A stretch of DNA of 64,000 nucleotides from an uncultured Thermoleophilia bacterium (GTDB taxonomy: Bacteria; Actinomycetota; Thermoleophilia; UBA2241), in the NCBI GenBank assembly GCA_963715985.1, contig CAVQSP010000014.1, forward strand, positions 192,001-256,000. The letters are read 5' to 3'. Under the pieces are notes generated by a model. It had not been told where the DNA came from and did not search any database. It worked only from the letters and a program-made list of their open reading frames with translations. Within the stretch, counting starts at the first letter, position 1, and every line of letters begins with the position of its first letter. This document shows, piece by piece, positions 1 to 10,563 of this stretch. The position numbers and the translations under genes are program-made.

Positions 1-631
1 GAGTGGATGCGCTCACTCATCGCCACGGCCGCCGTGCTGCAGATCGAGGAGGCGCGGATGATCGCGCCGCCTCTGGCTGCGGCGCTCGGGGCCGAGGTGG
101 CGACCGGCGGGCATCCCGACCGCGGGCAGCGCTCCAGAGCCGGCGGCGGTCGTGGAGGCCATCCCCAAGCTCATCGGGCCGCCCGGCAGCGAGCCCTCCC
201 GCTGGACCCCGGAGGAGTTCAAGGACGCGTTCGATCAGGAGGTGAACCAGCCTCCCGCTCTCTCGGCGACGCTCCAGGACGGCGGCATCGTCGTGCAGGT
301 GCCCTGCGGCGAGTACCCCGTGATCTGCCGCCTGCTCGCCTCCGAGCCGCACCCCCGCTACGGCAACGGCCTCTTCGTCCTCCAGCAGTTCCCCGTGACC
401 CCGCCGTCGGACGGGGACGGGGTCGGGCTCGCCCTCGCGCTCAACGGCGTCGAGCTCGCGCAGCGGCCGTTCGGCTACGGGTTCGGCAGCTACGCCTACC
501 GGCAGGGCGGGTTCTACTTCGTGTCGTTCTACCCGAACGCGGTGTACACGCCCGGACTGCTGGTCAACATCTACTGGTCGTGCGTGCAGCGTGCGCAGGC
601 CGTGTACGCGGTGCTCACGGCGGAGGAGTAG
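1..631 (+). CDS. Hypothetical protein, 5' partial, apparent +1 frameshift near 135
   Basis: Frame 7.. (MRSLIATAAVLQIEEARMI...RGQR) reads on as PEPAAVVEAIPKLIG in the frame of ORF 152..631 if one base is removed; both parts look protein-like. Confidence 0.6.
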
Positions 632-674
632 CGCGCACGTGAACGCCGCGTCGCACGCGCAGTGGGGCATACTC

Positions 675-2187
675 GTGACATATGCCGTTCGACAACGTGG
701 GAGGGGTCACCATGGGGACCTCGGCACGAGGGCGCGTAGGCGTACGCTTCCGGCGCTCATCACGACGTTCACACTCGTTCTGCTCGCCGCACTTCTGATC
801 GCCGGCGCCGCGCTGGCCGCCGGTCCCGAGAGCAGCGCCAAGGTCGCAAAGCCGGGCAAGCCAAAGGCCACCGCGCCCAGCGGCATCGTCTCCAGTCTCT
901 CGCCGACCTTCACCTGGACCAAGGCGAAACGCGCCACCAAGTACGAGGTCCGCGTCTACGAGGGTAGGGAGCTGCTGCTCTCGAGGACGGGCATCCGCGC
1001 GCGCACCTGGACCAGCCGCGTGGCGCTGCCCACCAACGTCGATCTCAAGTGGAAGGTGAGAGGAAGCGCCGGCAGCAGGGTGGGTCCGTGGAGCACCGCC
1101 CTCGCCTTCTCGATCGTGCCGCTCAGCTCCGCGAAGGCCATCACCGCCTTCAGCTTCCAGGGCCTCACGCCGCCGGTGGTCGGGACCATCAATGAAGCTG
1201 CCCACACCGTGGCCGCGACGGTGCCCAGCGGCACCAGCGTCACCGCCTTGGTCGCGACGTACACCACGACCGGCGCCTCGGTGGCCATCGCAGGGACGCC
1301 GCAGGCGAGCGGCGTCACGGCCAACAACTTCAGCAACCCGGTCACGTACGTCGTCACGGCGGCCGACGGCACGACGCAGTCCTACGTCGTCACCGTGACC
1401 GTGGCCGCCAGCCCGGCGAAAGCCATCACGGCGTTCAGCTTCCAGGGGCTGGCGCCTCCAGTCGTGGGCACCATCAACGAGGCCGCCCACACCATCGCTG
1501 CGACGGTGCCCAGCGGCACCAACGTCACCGCTCTCGTGGCCACGTTCACCAGCACGGGTGCCTCCGTGGCCGTGGCCGGCACGCCACAGGTCAGCGGCGT
1601 CACCGCCAACAACTTCAGCAACCCGGTGACGTACACGGTCACGGCCGCGGACGCCACGACGCAGGCCTACGTGGTCACGGTCACTGTGGCCGCTCCCGTG
1701 GTCGCCATCGGCGATCCGTATCAGGGCGGCATCGTCGCCTACGTGTTCCAGCCCGGTGATCCGGGCTACGTTGCAGGACAGACGCACGGCTTGATCGCCG
1801 CCACGGCCGATGTGGGGACGGGTATCCGCTGGTTCAACGGGGTCTTCTCCGTCACAGGAGCGACGGGGACCGCGCTGGGCACGGGGTCTGTGAACACCGC
1901 CACGATCATCTTCGCACAAGGACCCGTGGCGATCAGCTACGCGGCGGGCGTCGCGCGAGCGTACACCGGCGGCGGCTTCGACGACTGGTACCTTCCCAGC
2001 AAGGACGAGCTGAACAAGCTGTACCTCAACCGGGCGGTGATCGGTGGCTTCGAGCGCCGCCGGCTACTGGAGCTCGTCCGAGGTCAACGCGACCAGCGTG
2101 TGGGCGCAGGGCTTCCCCGCCGGCAACCAGTTCCCCGATGCCGGCAAGGACGCATCGCGCAAGGTGCGTCCGGTCCGCTCTTTCTGA
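675..2187 (+). CDS. Secreted/surface protein: N-terminal beta-sandwich, two DUF5018-like Ig repeats, C-terminal DUF1566 (Lcl/C-type-lectin-like) domain; +1 frameshift near 2052; start uncertain
   Basis: Hydrophobic signal (LVLLAALLIAGAALA); AKAITAFSF...YxVTAADxTTQxYVVTV repeats; DWYLPSKDEL, then in the shifted frame YWSSSEVNATSVWAQGF...KVRPVRSF* ending TGA 2185-2187. Confidence 0.8.
1131..1700 (+). repeat. Intragenic tandem duplication, 2 x 285 bp (95-aa Ig-like domains)
   Basis: Units start gcgaaggccatcacc (1131) and gcgaaagccatcacg (1416); near-identical translations. Confidence 0.9.
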
Positions 2188-2227
2188 GCGGCACTTCTCT
2201 GGCCGCCGGTCTCGGGGATCGGCGACT

Positions 2228-2259
2228 AGCTGGGCCGGGGCTTCGGCCCCGGCCCAGCT
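2228..2259 (+). terminator. Perfect 14-bp hairpin with C(UUCG)G tetraloop; terminator-like, no U-tract
   Basis: AGCTGGGCCGGGGC-TTCG-GCCCCGGCCCAGCT, 40 nt after the corrected stop of the DUF1566 gene. Confidence 0.65.
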
Positions 2260-2390
2260 GGGTCTCGGCGCTTCCGTCCGACCCGACTGCTATCGTGCCT
2301 GCGTATCTCTAGACCGGAGCTCGAGGCGCCCTCGCGCTTCTCTCTCCGCGCGTGTGCAGATGCCGAGCTTCAAGGAAGGGGGGGTTGGTC

Positions 2391-2597
2391 ATGGGCGAAG
2401 TGAACTTCGTGGCGTTCGACAGCGAGACCGGCCGGCCGACGGCGTCCATCTCAGGTTCGCCGGTGGACGTCGCCGACTTCATCTCGATCTGGATGAAGAA
2501 CAACGAGGAAGGGGTCTCGCTGGCGCGTCAGCTGGGTGTGGACTTCGGGCGGCCGTTCGCCGGCACGGACGACGGCGGGGAAGAGGACGACGAGTGA
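2391..2597 (+). CDS. Small acidic hypothetical protein (68 aa)
   Basis: AAGGAAGGGGG RBS before ATG 2391; typical GC3 bias; lies just upstream of rmuC. Confidence 0.7.
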   Translation: MGEVNFVAFDSETGRPTASISGSPVDVADFISIWMKNNEEGVSLARQLGVDFGRPFAGTDDGGEEDDE

Positions 2598-2604
2598 GGC
2601 GCGC

Positions 2605-3993
2605 GTGAACGGCGCCATCCTGTGGGTCGTCCTCGTCCTCGTCGTGCTCGAGGGCGCGCTGCTGCTCGTCCTCCTCGCGCGCTCGGGCAGGGGCGCGCGC
2701 GGCGAGAGCGCCGTCCTGCGCGAGGAGCTCAGGCTCGCCCGCGAGGAGGCCGGCAGGGCCGCCGCGGCGCAGCGCGACGAGCTCGGCAGGGGGCTGGCGG
2801 CCTCGAACGAGATGCTGCGCGCCAGTCTCGCCGGCATGGCCGAGATGCAGCGCGTCCAGCTGGACGGCCTCAGCCGCAACGTCACTGCGCTCAGCGAGTC
2901 CAACCAGGCCTCGCTCACCACCATCCGCACCACCGTGGACGCCCGCGTCCGCGAACTGCAGGAGGGCAACGAGAAGAAGCTCGACGAGATGCGCCGCACC
3001 GTCGACGAGAAGCTGCAGACCACGCTGGAGAAGCGGCTGGGCGAGTCGTTCAAGATCGTCAACGACCAGCTGGAGTCGGTGCAGAAGGGCCTGGGGGAGA
3101 TGCAGAGCCTGGCCAACGGCGTCGGCGACCTCAAACGCGTGCTCACCAACGTCAAGGCGCGCGGCACGTGGGCCGAGGTCCAGCTGGGGGCGCTGCTCGG
3201 GGAGATCCTGGCGCCGGCGCAGTTCGAGAAGAACGTGCACGTGGAGCCCGGCTCGCGCGAGGTGGTGGAGTACGCCGTCAAGCTGCCGGGGCCTAAGGAC
3301 GATCCCGGCGCCTGCGTGTGGCTGCCCATCGACTCCAAGCTGCCGCAGGAGGACTACATCCGCATCCAGGACGCCGCCGACCTCGCGGACGCCGAGGCCA
3401 CGCAGCGCGCCAGCGACGCGCTGGCCCGCGCCATCCGCCTGGCCGCCCAGGACATCCACGACAAGTACGTGCGGCCGCCGCACACCACCGATTTCGGCAT
3501 CATGTTCCTGGCTACTGAGGGCCTCTACGCCGAGGTCGTGCGGCAGCCGGCGCTGGTCGACGATCTGCAGCGCACCTACCGCGTTGTGGTCGCCGGCCCC
3601 ACCACGCTGGCGGCGCTGCTCAGCAGCCTGCGCATGGGCTTCCAGACGCTGGCCATCGAGCAGCGCGCCGTTGAGGTCTGGAGGGTGCTGGGCGCGGTCA
3701 AGACCGAGTTCGGCAAGTTCGGCGAGGTGCTGGACAAGGTCAAGCGGCAGCTCGACACCGCCAGCCGCACCATCGACGAGACCGGAGTGCGGCGGCGCGC
3801 CATGGAGAAGAAGCTGCGCGCCGTCGAGCAGCTGCCCGAGGCCGAGTCAGAGCTGGTGCTGGACCTGACGGCGGGCGACGGGGCCGTGGAACCGGCCGCA
3901 GAGGATGGGGCGTGGCCGAACGCCGATCCCGAGTTGCGTCCGGCCGACGAGGCCGAAAGGGCCGACGAGGCCGAAGGGGACGCTACGGTCTAG
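2605..3993 (+). CDS. rmuC: DNA recombination protein RmuC
   Basis: N-terminal TM helix, coiled coil, motifs KARGTWAEVQL, LPIDSKLP, TTDFGIMFL, GPTTLAALLSSLRMGF. Confidence 0.95.
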   Translation: MNGAILWVVLVLVVLEGALLLVLLARSGRGARGESAVLREELRLAREEAGRAAAAQRDELGRGLAASNEMLRASLAGMAEMQRVQLDGLSRNVTALSESNQASLTTIRTTVDARVRELQEGNEKKLDEMRRTVDEKLQTTLEKRLGESFKIVNDQLESVQKGLGEMQSLANGVGDLKRVLTNVKARGTWAEVQLGALLGEILAPAQFEKNVHVEPGSREVVEYAVKLPGPKDDPGACVWLPIDSKLPQEDYIRIQDAADLADAEATQRASDALARAIRLAAQDIHDKYVRPPHTTDFGIMFLATEGLYAEVVRQPALVDDLQRTYRVVVAGPTTLAALLSSLRMGFQTLAIEQRAVEVWRVLGAVKTEFGKFGEVLDKVKRQLDTASRTIDETGVRRRAMEKKLRAVEQLPEAESELVLDLTAGDGAVEPAAEDGAWPNADPELRPADEAERADEAEGDATV

Positions 3994-4222
3994 GCGCTGG
4001 TCAAAGGGCTCGGCGTGGCGACCGCGACGCCGCAGCCGGCGCCCTACTGGAGCCCGGTGCCGCTGCCCGGGCCGCAGTCGAGCGGCACCCTCGGCGCCGG
4101 CCTCTGTGACGGTCCGGTAGCGGCGAGGCGCGGAGCGGCAGGGGGCGGAGGCCAACGCGCCCGGCCGGAACGCGTGTCCGTCTGGCGGCGCGCGCGTCCG
4201 TCTGGCCTCCTCGCAGCTCCGC

Positions 4223-7200
4223 CTACACGCGCCCCAGCGCCCGCAGCACCTTGTCCGGCGTGATGGGCAGGTCGGAGATGCGCACGCCGACGGCGTTGTG
4301 TATGGCGTTGGCGATGGCGCACGGGGTGGCGGTGGTCACCGACTCCCCGATGCCGCTCGCCGGGTACGTCCCGGCGCCCTTCCACACCTCGAGCAGAACC
4401 GGGTCCACGGGCGGGGCGTCGGCCAGGGTCGCCATGCGATAGTCGATCCAGTCGAAGTTCAGGGGCAGGCCGGTGCGCTCGTCGTAGACGATCTCCTCGA
4501 GGAGCGTCTCGCTCGCCGCCATGACCTGGCCGCCGATGAGCTGGCTCTCCGCGCCGGCCTGATACATCACCTTGCCGCAGTCGTTGACCTGCACCACCTT
4601 GAGGATCTCCACCTGCCCGGTCTCGGTGTCCACCTCGAGCTCCACGAAGGTCGCGAGGAAGGGGCAGCCGGTGGCCCGGTCCGGCGGCAGGTCTTCCACC
4701 TCGACCACGAGGGGGACGAGGTCGGTGCGCTCCATGAGGATGTCGCGCACGGGCCGGCCGCCGGCAGGTCCGCCCGGCCACCAGACGTCACCGTCGCGGA
4801 TCTCGATGCCGTCCTGCGGCACGTCCAGGATCCGCGCCAGCAGGTCCAGCAGCTTCGCCTTGAGCTCGGCGGCGGCCTTGGGCATCACCTCCGCGTGCAG
4901 GTACGAGACGGCGCTGTCGGTCTGCACCATATCCTTGAGGCCGCGCTCGGTGTCTGTCTGCGAGATGTAGGCGATGTCGGCAGGGGTCACGCCGAGGAAG
5001 CTGAGCGCGTCGGCGCACGCGAACACGGCGCAGCTGCTCGAGCCCGTGCCGGTCTCGGCCGTCGGCGCGTCCAGCACCACCGAGCCGTCGGGATTGAGCT
5101 TGATGCGCACCTGGACGAGGCCGCGCGGGATCTCCTGCCAGGCCGCGTGCCACGTGTTGTGGACCGACATCCCCAGGCCGCGCTTCTTCGGGGCGCCGCC
5201 GAGCGGGTCCTGCGGCGGCTCGCGCCGCCGCTCCCAGCCGATGTGCGCGGCGCCCTCGCGCAGCACGGCCTCCAGACTCGGGTCGGGGACGGGGCCCCAC
5301 TCGTGGCCGGAGTTCCTCAGGGCGACGTCGATGGGGTCCAGGCCCAGCCGGTCGGCGACCTCGTCGATCAGCTGCCCCCACATCAGGTTGACCTCGTTGT
5401 TGCCGATGCCACGCTTCACGCCGCCCGGGATGGTGTTGGTGTAGACGGCGTAGGCCTCCATCCGCAGGCTGGGGATGGGCGCCAGGGAGAGCTCCGCGAA
5501 CTCGCGCACCACCGGGTCGATGGCGCCCATGCTGTCGTCGGCGTAGGCGCCCGCACGGCTGTACGCCTTGGAGTCCAAGGCAAGGATCGTGCCGTCGGCG
5601 CGGGCGCCGGCCTTGACCCGATACACGACGGGCGTGCGCGTGTCGTGGAAGTCCTCGCGACGGTCCATGCGATAGAGCACGGGGCGCCCGCCGCAGCGCC
5701 TGGCGAGCAGTGCCGTGAACACGAGGAAGGGCTGGTCGGCCTGGTTGCCGCGACCGAAGCTGCCGCCGATGTACGGGTTGCGCACGCGCACCCGGTGCAA
5801 CGGCATGTCCAGCATGTTGGCCAGCGACATGCGCGGCTGGTCGGCGGCGTAGTAGCTCGTCCAGCAGGTGAGCGCGTCGCCATCCCACTGCATCAGGCAC
5901 CCGCGCGTGTCCAGGCACCCGTGGTCGGGGTTGTGGTAGGAGGTCTCGACGTCTACCACCACAGCGGAGGCGGCGAAGCCCTGCTCCACGTCGCCCCTCA
6001 CCAGGAACGTGGGGCTTGTGAGGGGCGGATGCGGGAGGAAGACGTTGCCGTCGGGGTTCATCTCCGGGTGCACGAGCGGCGCGTCCGGCTCCATCGCCTT
6101 CCACAGATCGAGGACGAACGGCAGCTGCTCCCACTCGATATCGAGGGCCGCCAGTGCCTCGATCTGCGGCCGCCCGCGTCTCGGCGGCGACCACCACGCC
6201 CACTTCCTCGCCGGCCCAGCGGGCGGTGTCTCCGAGGACCGTGCGGTCTCTGTAGGAAGGCCATGACATGCGCTCGTAGGAGGAGGTGAAGAACGGCGTC
6301 CAGCTGGCGTTGGTGGGCTTGAGGCGGGCGACCTCCTCGTCCTTGTAGGTGAGCACGGCGCGGACGCCGGGCATCGCCTCGGCGCGGCTCGCGTCCAGAT
6401 GGACGATGCGGGCGTGCGGGTAGGGGCTGCGCAGACAGCTGGCGTACAGCAGCCCCTGGGCACGCATGCCCGCCGCCACATCGGCAAGGTAGTCCGCGCG
6501 GCCGGCGGCCTTCTCGAGGCCATCCACGCGCGGCGAGCAGGAGCCGACGTACGCAGCCGGACGGGTGCCGTCGCGCTTCGACGCAGCGGCTCGCGCGCTC
6601 CCCTCGGGCGCGACGCCGGCGTGCCCCCCAGCCTCACCGAGCTCGCCGGCCCTGACCACGGCTTCCACGATCCCGGCGTAGCAGCCGCAGCGGCAGATGT
6701 TGCCGGCCATGCCGTCCACGACCTCCTCGCGGGTCGGCCGCGGCGTGCGCAACAGCAGCGCCTTTGCCGTCATCACCATGCCGGGCGTGCAGAAGCCGCA
6801 CTGCAGCGCGGTGCCGTGACCGGGCTGCGTCTGGGTCGCGAAGGCGACGATGAGCGGGTCGTCCTCGCCGAGGCCTTCTATCGTGGTCACCGCGGAGCCG
6901 TCGGTCTGGGCGGCCAGGGTCATGCACGAGAGCACCGCCCGCCCATCCATGATGACCGTGCAGGCGCCGCAGGCTCCCTGGCCGCAGGCGACCTTGACGC
7001 CGAGCAGACCCAGGCGGTCCCGGAGCAGCGTGGCGAGAGTGTCGCCGGGCAGGTAGTCCCGGCCGGCGACGAACTCGTGGCTGCGGCCGTTGACGCGCAG
7101 GCGGATGTGGCCCGCACGGGCCGCGCCGTTGTCGCCGGCCGCGGGCGCGGCCGTCTCGCCGCCCATCGCGCTGCCAGTCTCGCCGCCCATCGCGCCGCGG

Positions 7201-7229
7201 GTCGCGTTCGCCGTCCTCGGTGGCTGCAC
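4223..7229 (-). CDS. Xanthine oxidase family molybdo-hydroxylase with fused 2x[2Fe-2S] domain (aldehyde oxidoreductase type); +1 frameshift near 6165
   Basis: CGQGACGACTV and QCGFCTPG...NICRCGCY, then RVDGLEKAAG/RSPYPHA in frame 4788..7370; continues IEALAALDIEW, YIGGSFG, GIGES in frame 4223..6637; GGAGG RBS before GTG 7229. Confidence 0.9.
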
Positions 7230-7409
7230 CTGACCTCCAGGTCGTCCGTCCGGCGAGCATATCGCCCCGGGGGGCCGTCCGCGACAACCCGCGGCGTCTC
7301 GGGCTACACTCCGCGGTGGGAGCTCGCCGCCTCGCCGAGCACGAGGAGCCGTCCGCGTGAGCAAGCACACGGGTCAGTACTGAGGGGAGAGGCGCGGAGG
7401 CCGCGCGCG

Positions 7410-8051
7410 TCAGCGCGCGGCCAGGTCGTCGCGCAGGTCGCGCGCCTCCACGTGCAGCGTGTGCACGTACCGGTGGCCCGTGCGCACGCGTCCCTCCCGC
7501 TCCATGGGCAGCAGGTAGAAGCCGTCCATGAGCTCCTGGAAGCGGGCGCCCCACTCCTCCACGTCGCTCATCGGCATGGTGAGCAGCGAGGCGAAGGTCT
7601 GCGCCGGCGTGTGCAGCATACCGAGGACCTCGATGGGCGGCGGCACCTGGCCGAAGGCCACCTCCGCCGCCGGTATCGCGGAGAGCTGCAGCACGGGGAA
7701 GCCGCGCCAGTAGACGGCGGTGGCCTCCAGGGCCTCGACTCCGGTCTCCCAGAAGAAGGGGGCGACCACGCGCCGTGTGACTTCGTCCCAGTCCCACGTG
7801 GCCAGCACGCGCGGCGGCAGGGGAGTGTCGTCGGTGGTGATGAACTGGCTCGGCGCCCTGCCTGCAGCGATGTCCGCGGCGCTCGCGTCGCGCGTCGTGA
7901 ACAGCACCTTGCCGGAGATGGCAGTGGGGATGCGCGCCGACCACGCTGCCAGCAGGCGGGGGTCCGACGGGTCGTCGACGTGCGTGAGCCAGGCGCCGTC
8001 GTAGGTGACGCCGAAGCCGTGGGCAGCGCTGGTGTAGGTGAGGATGGCCAT
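7410..8051 (-). CDS. Hypothetical protein (~213 aa)
   Basis: Protein-like sequence from MAILTYTSAAHGFGV; upstream part of ORF 7410..8312 is low-complexity. Confidence 0.65.
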   Translation of the reverse strand: MAILTYTSAAHGFGVTYDGAWLTHVDDPSDPRLLAAWSARIPTAISGKVLFTTRDASAADIAAGRAPSQFITTDDTPLPPRVLATWDWDEVTRRVVAPFFWETGVEALEATAVYWRGFPVLQLSAIPAAEVAFGQVPPPIEVLGMLHTPAQTFASLLTMPMSDVEEWGARFQELMDGFYLLPMEREGRVRTGHRYVHTLHVEARDLRDDLAAR

Positions 8052-8284
8052 GAGCGAGTCAGAGTCTGACGGAGTGACGGTACGAGCGGGAGCCAGGTTC
8101 GGGCTCGGCCTCCGCATCTGCCAGAGCCGCTGCTCCGACGCCGGCCGACGCCGGCGCGCCGCCGCGGTCGACACCGGGAGGGCAGTCACGGCGGAGGCAC
8201 GCGCCGCCGCGACCGCCGCCTCGTCCTCGTCCTCGGGCAGGTAGCGCCTGGCGGGCGCGGCCGCACCTGCAGGCCGCGGTGACG

Positions 8285-8395
8285 CCGCTCTTGCGCGGCC
8301 CACCCGCTCCACCCACTTGCCGCCGAAGGCGGCCGAGAGGCCCAGAAAGACGATCGCGATCTGGAACAGGGTCGCGATCTGCGACCGGCTCCAGT
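8285..8395 (-). pseudogene. Fragment resembling an OFA-family MFS transporter
   Basis: DWSRSQIATLFQIAIVFLGLSAAFGGKWVERVG resembles TM2 plus motif A of oxalate/formate-antiporter-like MFS proteins; no start codon and no other TMs. Confidence 0.5.
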
Positions 8396-8572
8396 CGCCG
8401 GCCGCGGGCGACGGTCTGCCCCCGCCGTCCGTACCGTCACGTTGCCCTGCGCCGGCCCCTCCCCGGGCGACCCGCGCCTTGGTGCGAGACGTGCCGACGT
8501 GTCACTTCAGCACCTCGGCAACAGGCCGTCCGGTCTGAGGGGCGGAGGGCGTGGTGGTCGTGAGGGCGACGC

Positions 8573-8956
8573 CTACTTCACGACGACCTTGCCGTGCATC
8601 GAGGCCATGGAGGCGTGGATCGTGCACTCGTAGAAGTACGTCCCCTTCTTCTTGAACGTGTACGAGAAGGAAGCCCCCGGACTCAGGGTGGGGCTGGCGA
8701 ACAGGCCGGTGACGGTCGCCGACGTCGACATGTTGCTGGCGCTCGTCACGTCGTGCGGCACGCTGTCCGAGTTCTTCCACACTACCTTGGTGCCGTGTTT
8801 GATGGTGATGGTCTGCGGCGTGAAGCTGAAGTTGCTGATGGACACGCGCTTGGTCTTGGTCTTCGCCATCGTCGGCGCGGCGGACACGGCGACCAGCGCC
8901 ATGACGATGAGCGCGACCGCAAGGACGGTCGTCCCTCTGTAGAAGCGACGGTTCAT
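8573..8956 (-). CDS. Secreted plastocyanin/amicyanin-like type-1 blue copper protein
   Basis: Signal peptide; NFSFTP, PHDV (His), YECTIH...MHG (Cys/His/Met ligands). Confidence 0.9.
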   Translation of the reverse strand: MNRRFYRGTTVLAVALIVMALVAVSAAPTMAKTKTKRVSISNFSFTPQTITIKHGTKVVWKNSDSVPHDVTSASNMSTSATVTGLFASPTLSPGASFSYTFKKKGTYFYECTIHASMASMHGKVVVK

Positions 8957-9300
8957 CGCGTTCCCTTCCACGTGCGCTCGCGGTGCGGGCGGGATGCCCG
9001 CGCCGTGCATCTCCGGGCAGTGCGTCAAGAGCACCGTCCATGCCAGCGGTTGTACCCGCAACTACTCCTTTGAAGCCGCGGGCCGCCTGCAGGCCGGAGA
9101 TGGTGCGTCCGCGCAGGAGGCGAGTGTCACGGGGTGGGCACGGTGGCCCTCAAGCACTGCTGGCAGGAGGGCGTGGCGTGCCGTTCATACTGAACCTATC
9201 AGCAAGCGTCGCCTCTTCTGCAAGCGCCCACACGGTGTGAGACGTCGGGCACAGGGTAGGAGAACCATGAAGGTGGAGTCCGGCGGCAAGGGGAGGCGCC

Positions 9301-9459
9301 ATGGCTACCTACGAGTTCATCTGTGAGAAGTGCGGCACCGACTTCGAGGTCACCTGCCACATGGACGAGCGCGAGGCCCAGGCGGTGTGCCCCAAGTGCG
9401 GCAGCCACAAGGTGCGGCAGAAGATCACCGCCGAGTTCTCCTCGCCGCGCCCGGACTGA
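9301..9459 (+). CDS. FmdB-family zinc-ribbon protein (52 aa; absent from the ORF track)
   Basis: GGAGG RBS; MATYEFICEKCG...VCPKCGS. Confidence 0.9.
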   Translation: MATYEFICEKCGTDFEVTCHMDEREAQAVCPKCGSHKVRQKITAEFSSPRPD

Positions 9460-9490
9460 CAGGCAGATCGTCGCCTCCGGTGGCGGTCTC

Positions 9491-9520
9491 GCGGCCGCCG
9501 GCGCTTGCGCCGGCGGCCGC
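9491..9520 (+). terminator. 14-bp inverted repeat downstream of the zinc-ribbon gene
   Basis: GCGGCCGCCGGCGC-TT-GCGCCGGCGGCCGC. Confidence 0.55.
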
Positions 9521-9675
9521 CGGTCACGGCGGACTTCACCCATCCGGTTTGTGGGTGTGGCGCGCCGGGTACCCATCCGGCAGCGCGCGCCCTCCTCAGG
9601 CGCGGCGCGCTGGACACGGAAGCCTTGGAGCCGGGCTCCCATCCCTCTCCCGGCCCCCAGAACGACTGGAGTGAC

Positions 9676-10188
9676 ATGGTACAGGTAGGCCAGGAAGCCC
9701 CGGAATTCGCCCTCGAGGGCGTGCTGGGCAAGGACTTCGTCGACGTCAAGCTCAGCGACTACAGGGGCAAGTGGGTGGTGCTCTTCTTCTATCCTCTCGA
9801 CTTCACGTTCATCTGCCCGACGGAGATCACGGGGTTCGCGAAGCGCAGGGCGGAGTTCGAGGCGCTCGGCGCCCAGGTCCTCGGCGCCAGCGTCGACAGC
9901 AAGTGGAGCCATCTCGCCTGGGTCGAGCGCGACCTCGGCGACCTCGGCTACCCGCTGCTCAGCGACTTCAAGCGCGAGACCGCCGTAGAGTACGGCGTAC
10001 TCCTTCCTCAGGGCATGGCGCTTCGCGGGACGTTCATCATCGACCCCGACGGCGTGCTCAAGTACGCCGCCGTGCACGACAACAACGTGGGCCGAAACAC
10101 CGACGAGACCCTGCGCGTGCTGCAGGCGCTGCAGACGGGCGAGAAGTGCCCTGTGGACTGGAGCCCCGGCGAGGCGACGCTGGGATAG
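9676..10188 (+). CDS. ahpC: Typical 2-Cys peroxiredoxin (AhpC/Prx1)
   Basis: FFYPLDFTFICPTE peroxidatic motif; GEKCPVDW resolving Cys. Confidence 0.95.
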   Translation: MVQVGQEAPEFALEGVLGKDFVDVKLSDYRGKWVVLFFYPLDFTFICPTEITGFAKRRAEFEALGAQVLGASVDSKWSHLAWVERDLGDLGYPLLSDFKRETAVEYGVLLPQGMALRGTFIIDPDGVLKYAAVHDNNVGRNTDETLRVLQALQTGEKCPVDWSPGEATLG

Positions 10189-10204
10189 CGGGCGAAGGAG
10201 AGAA

Positions 10205-10504
10205 ATGGCGACCATCGACGACTGGTTCGACGAGCGCACGCTGCTCGATCTGGTGCCGCCGCCGGTGTTCCTGCAGGGCGCATCCGCGGTGGAGAACGGT
10301 GCGGTGCGGATCCTCGAGCGCGACGACGAGCACCTGCGCAGCACCGTGGAGGATCGCGAGATCTACGAGGCGGAGTTCCATCTGGAAGGTGGACAGCTGG
10401 CGTGGTCCTGCACCTGCGGTGAGGCCGACGGGCACCCGTGCGAGCACCTGCTCGCGACGGCGCTCGCGACGTGGCCGGGCGAGGCCCCGGACCTGGACGA
10501 GTAG
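10205..10504 (+). CDS. Stand-alone SWIM zinc-finger protein
   Basis: WSCTC-x7-CEH motif; AAGGAG RBS. Confidence 0.8.
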   Translation: MATIDDWFDERTLLDLVPPPVFLQGASAVENGAVRILERDDEHLRSTVEDREIYEAEFHLEGGQLAWSCTCGEADGHPCEHLLATALATWPGEAPDLDE

Positions 10505-10563
10505 GCGAACGTCCGGCGGGCGCCCGAACCTGAGCGCCCGCCGGGCCGTGCTAGGCTCTGACC

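Noticed and set aside
3994-4222. Possible small ORF (4015-4263) and an 11-bp repeat between rmuC and the Mo enzyme
   Set aside because: No RBS, low-complexity translation, and it overlaps a convergent gene
7152-7194. Short in-frame tandem repeats (MGGET x2; also the rmuC tail near 3942-3978 and 20811-20837)
   Set aside because: Ordinary slippage in disordered termini or spacers
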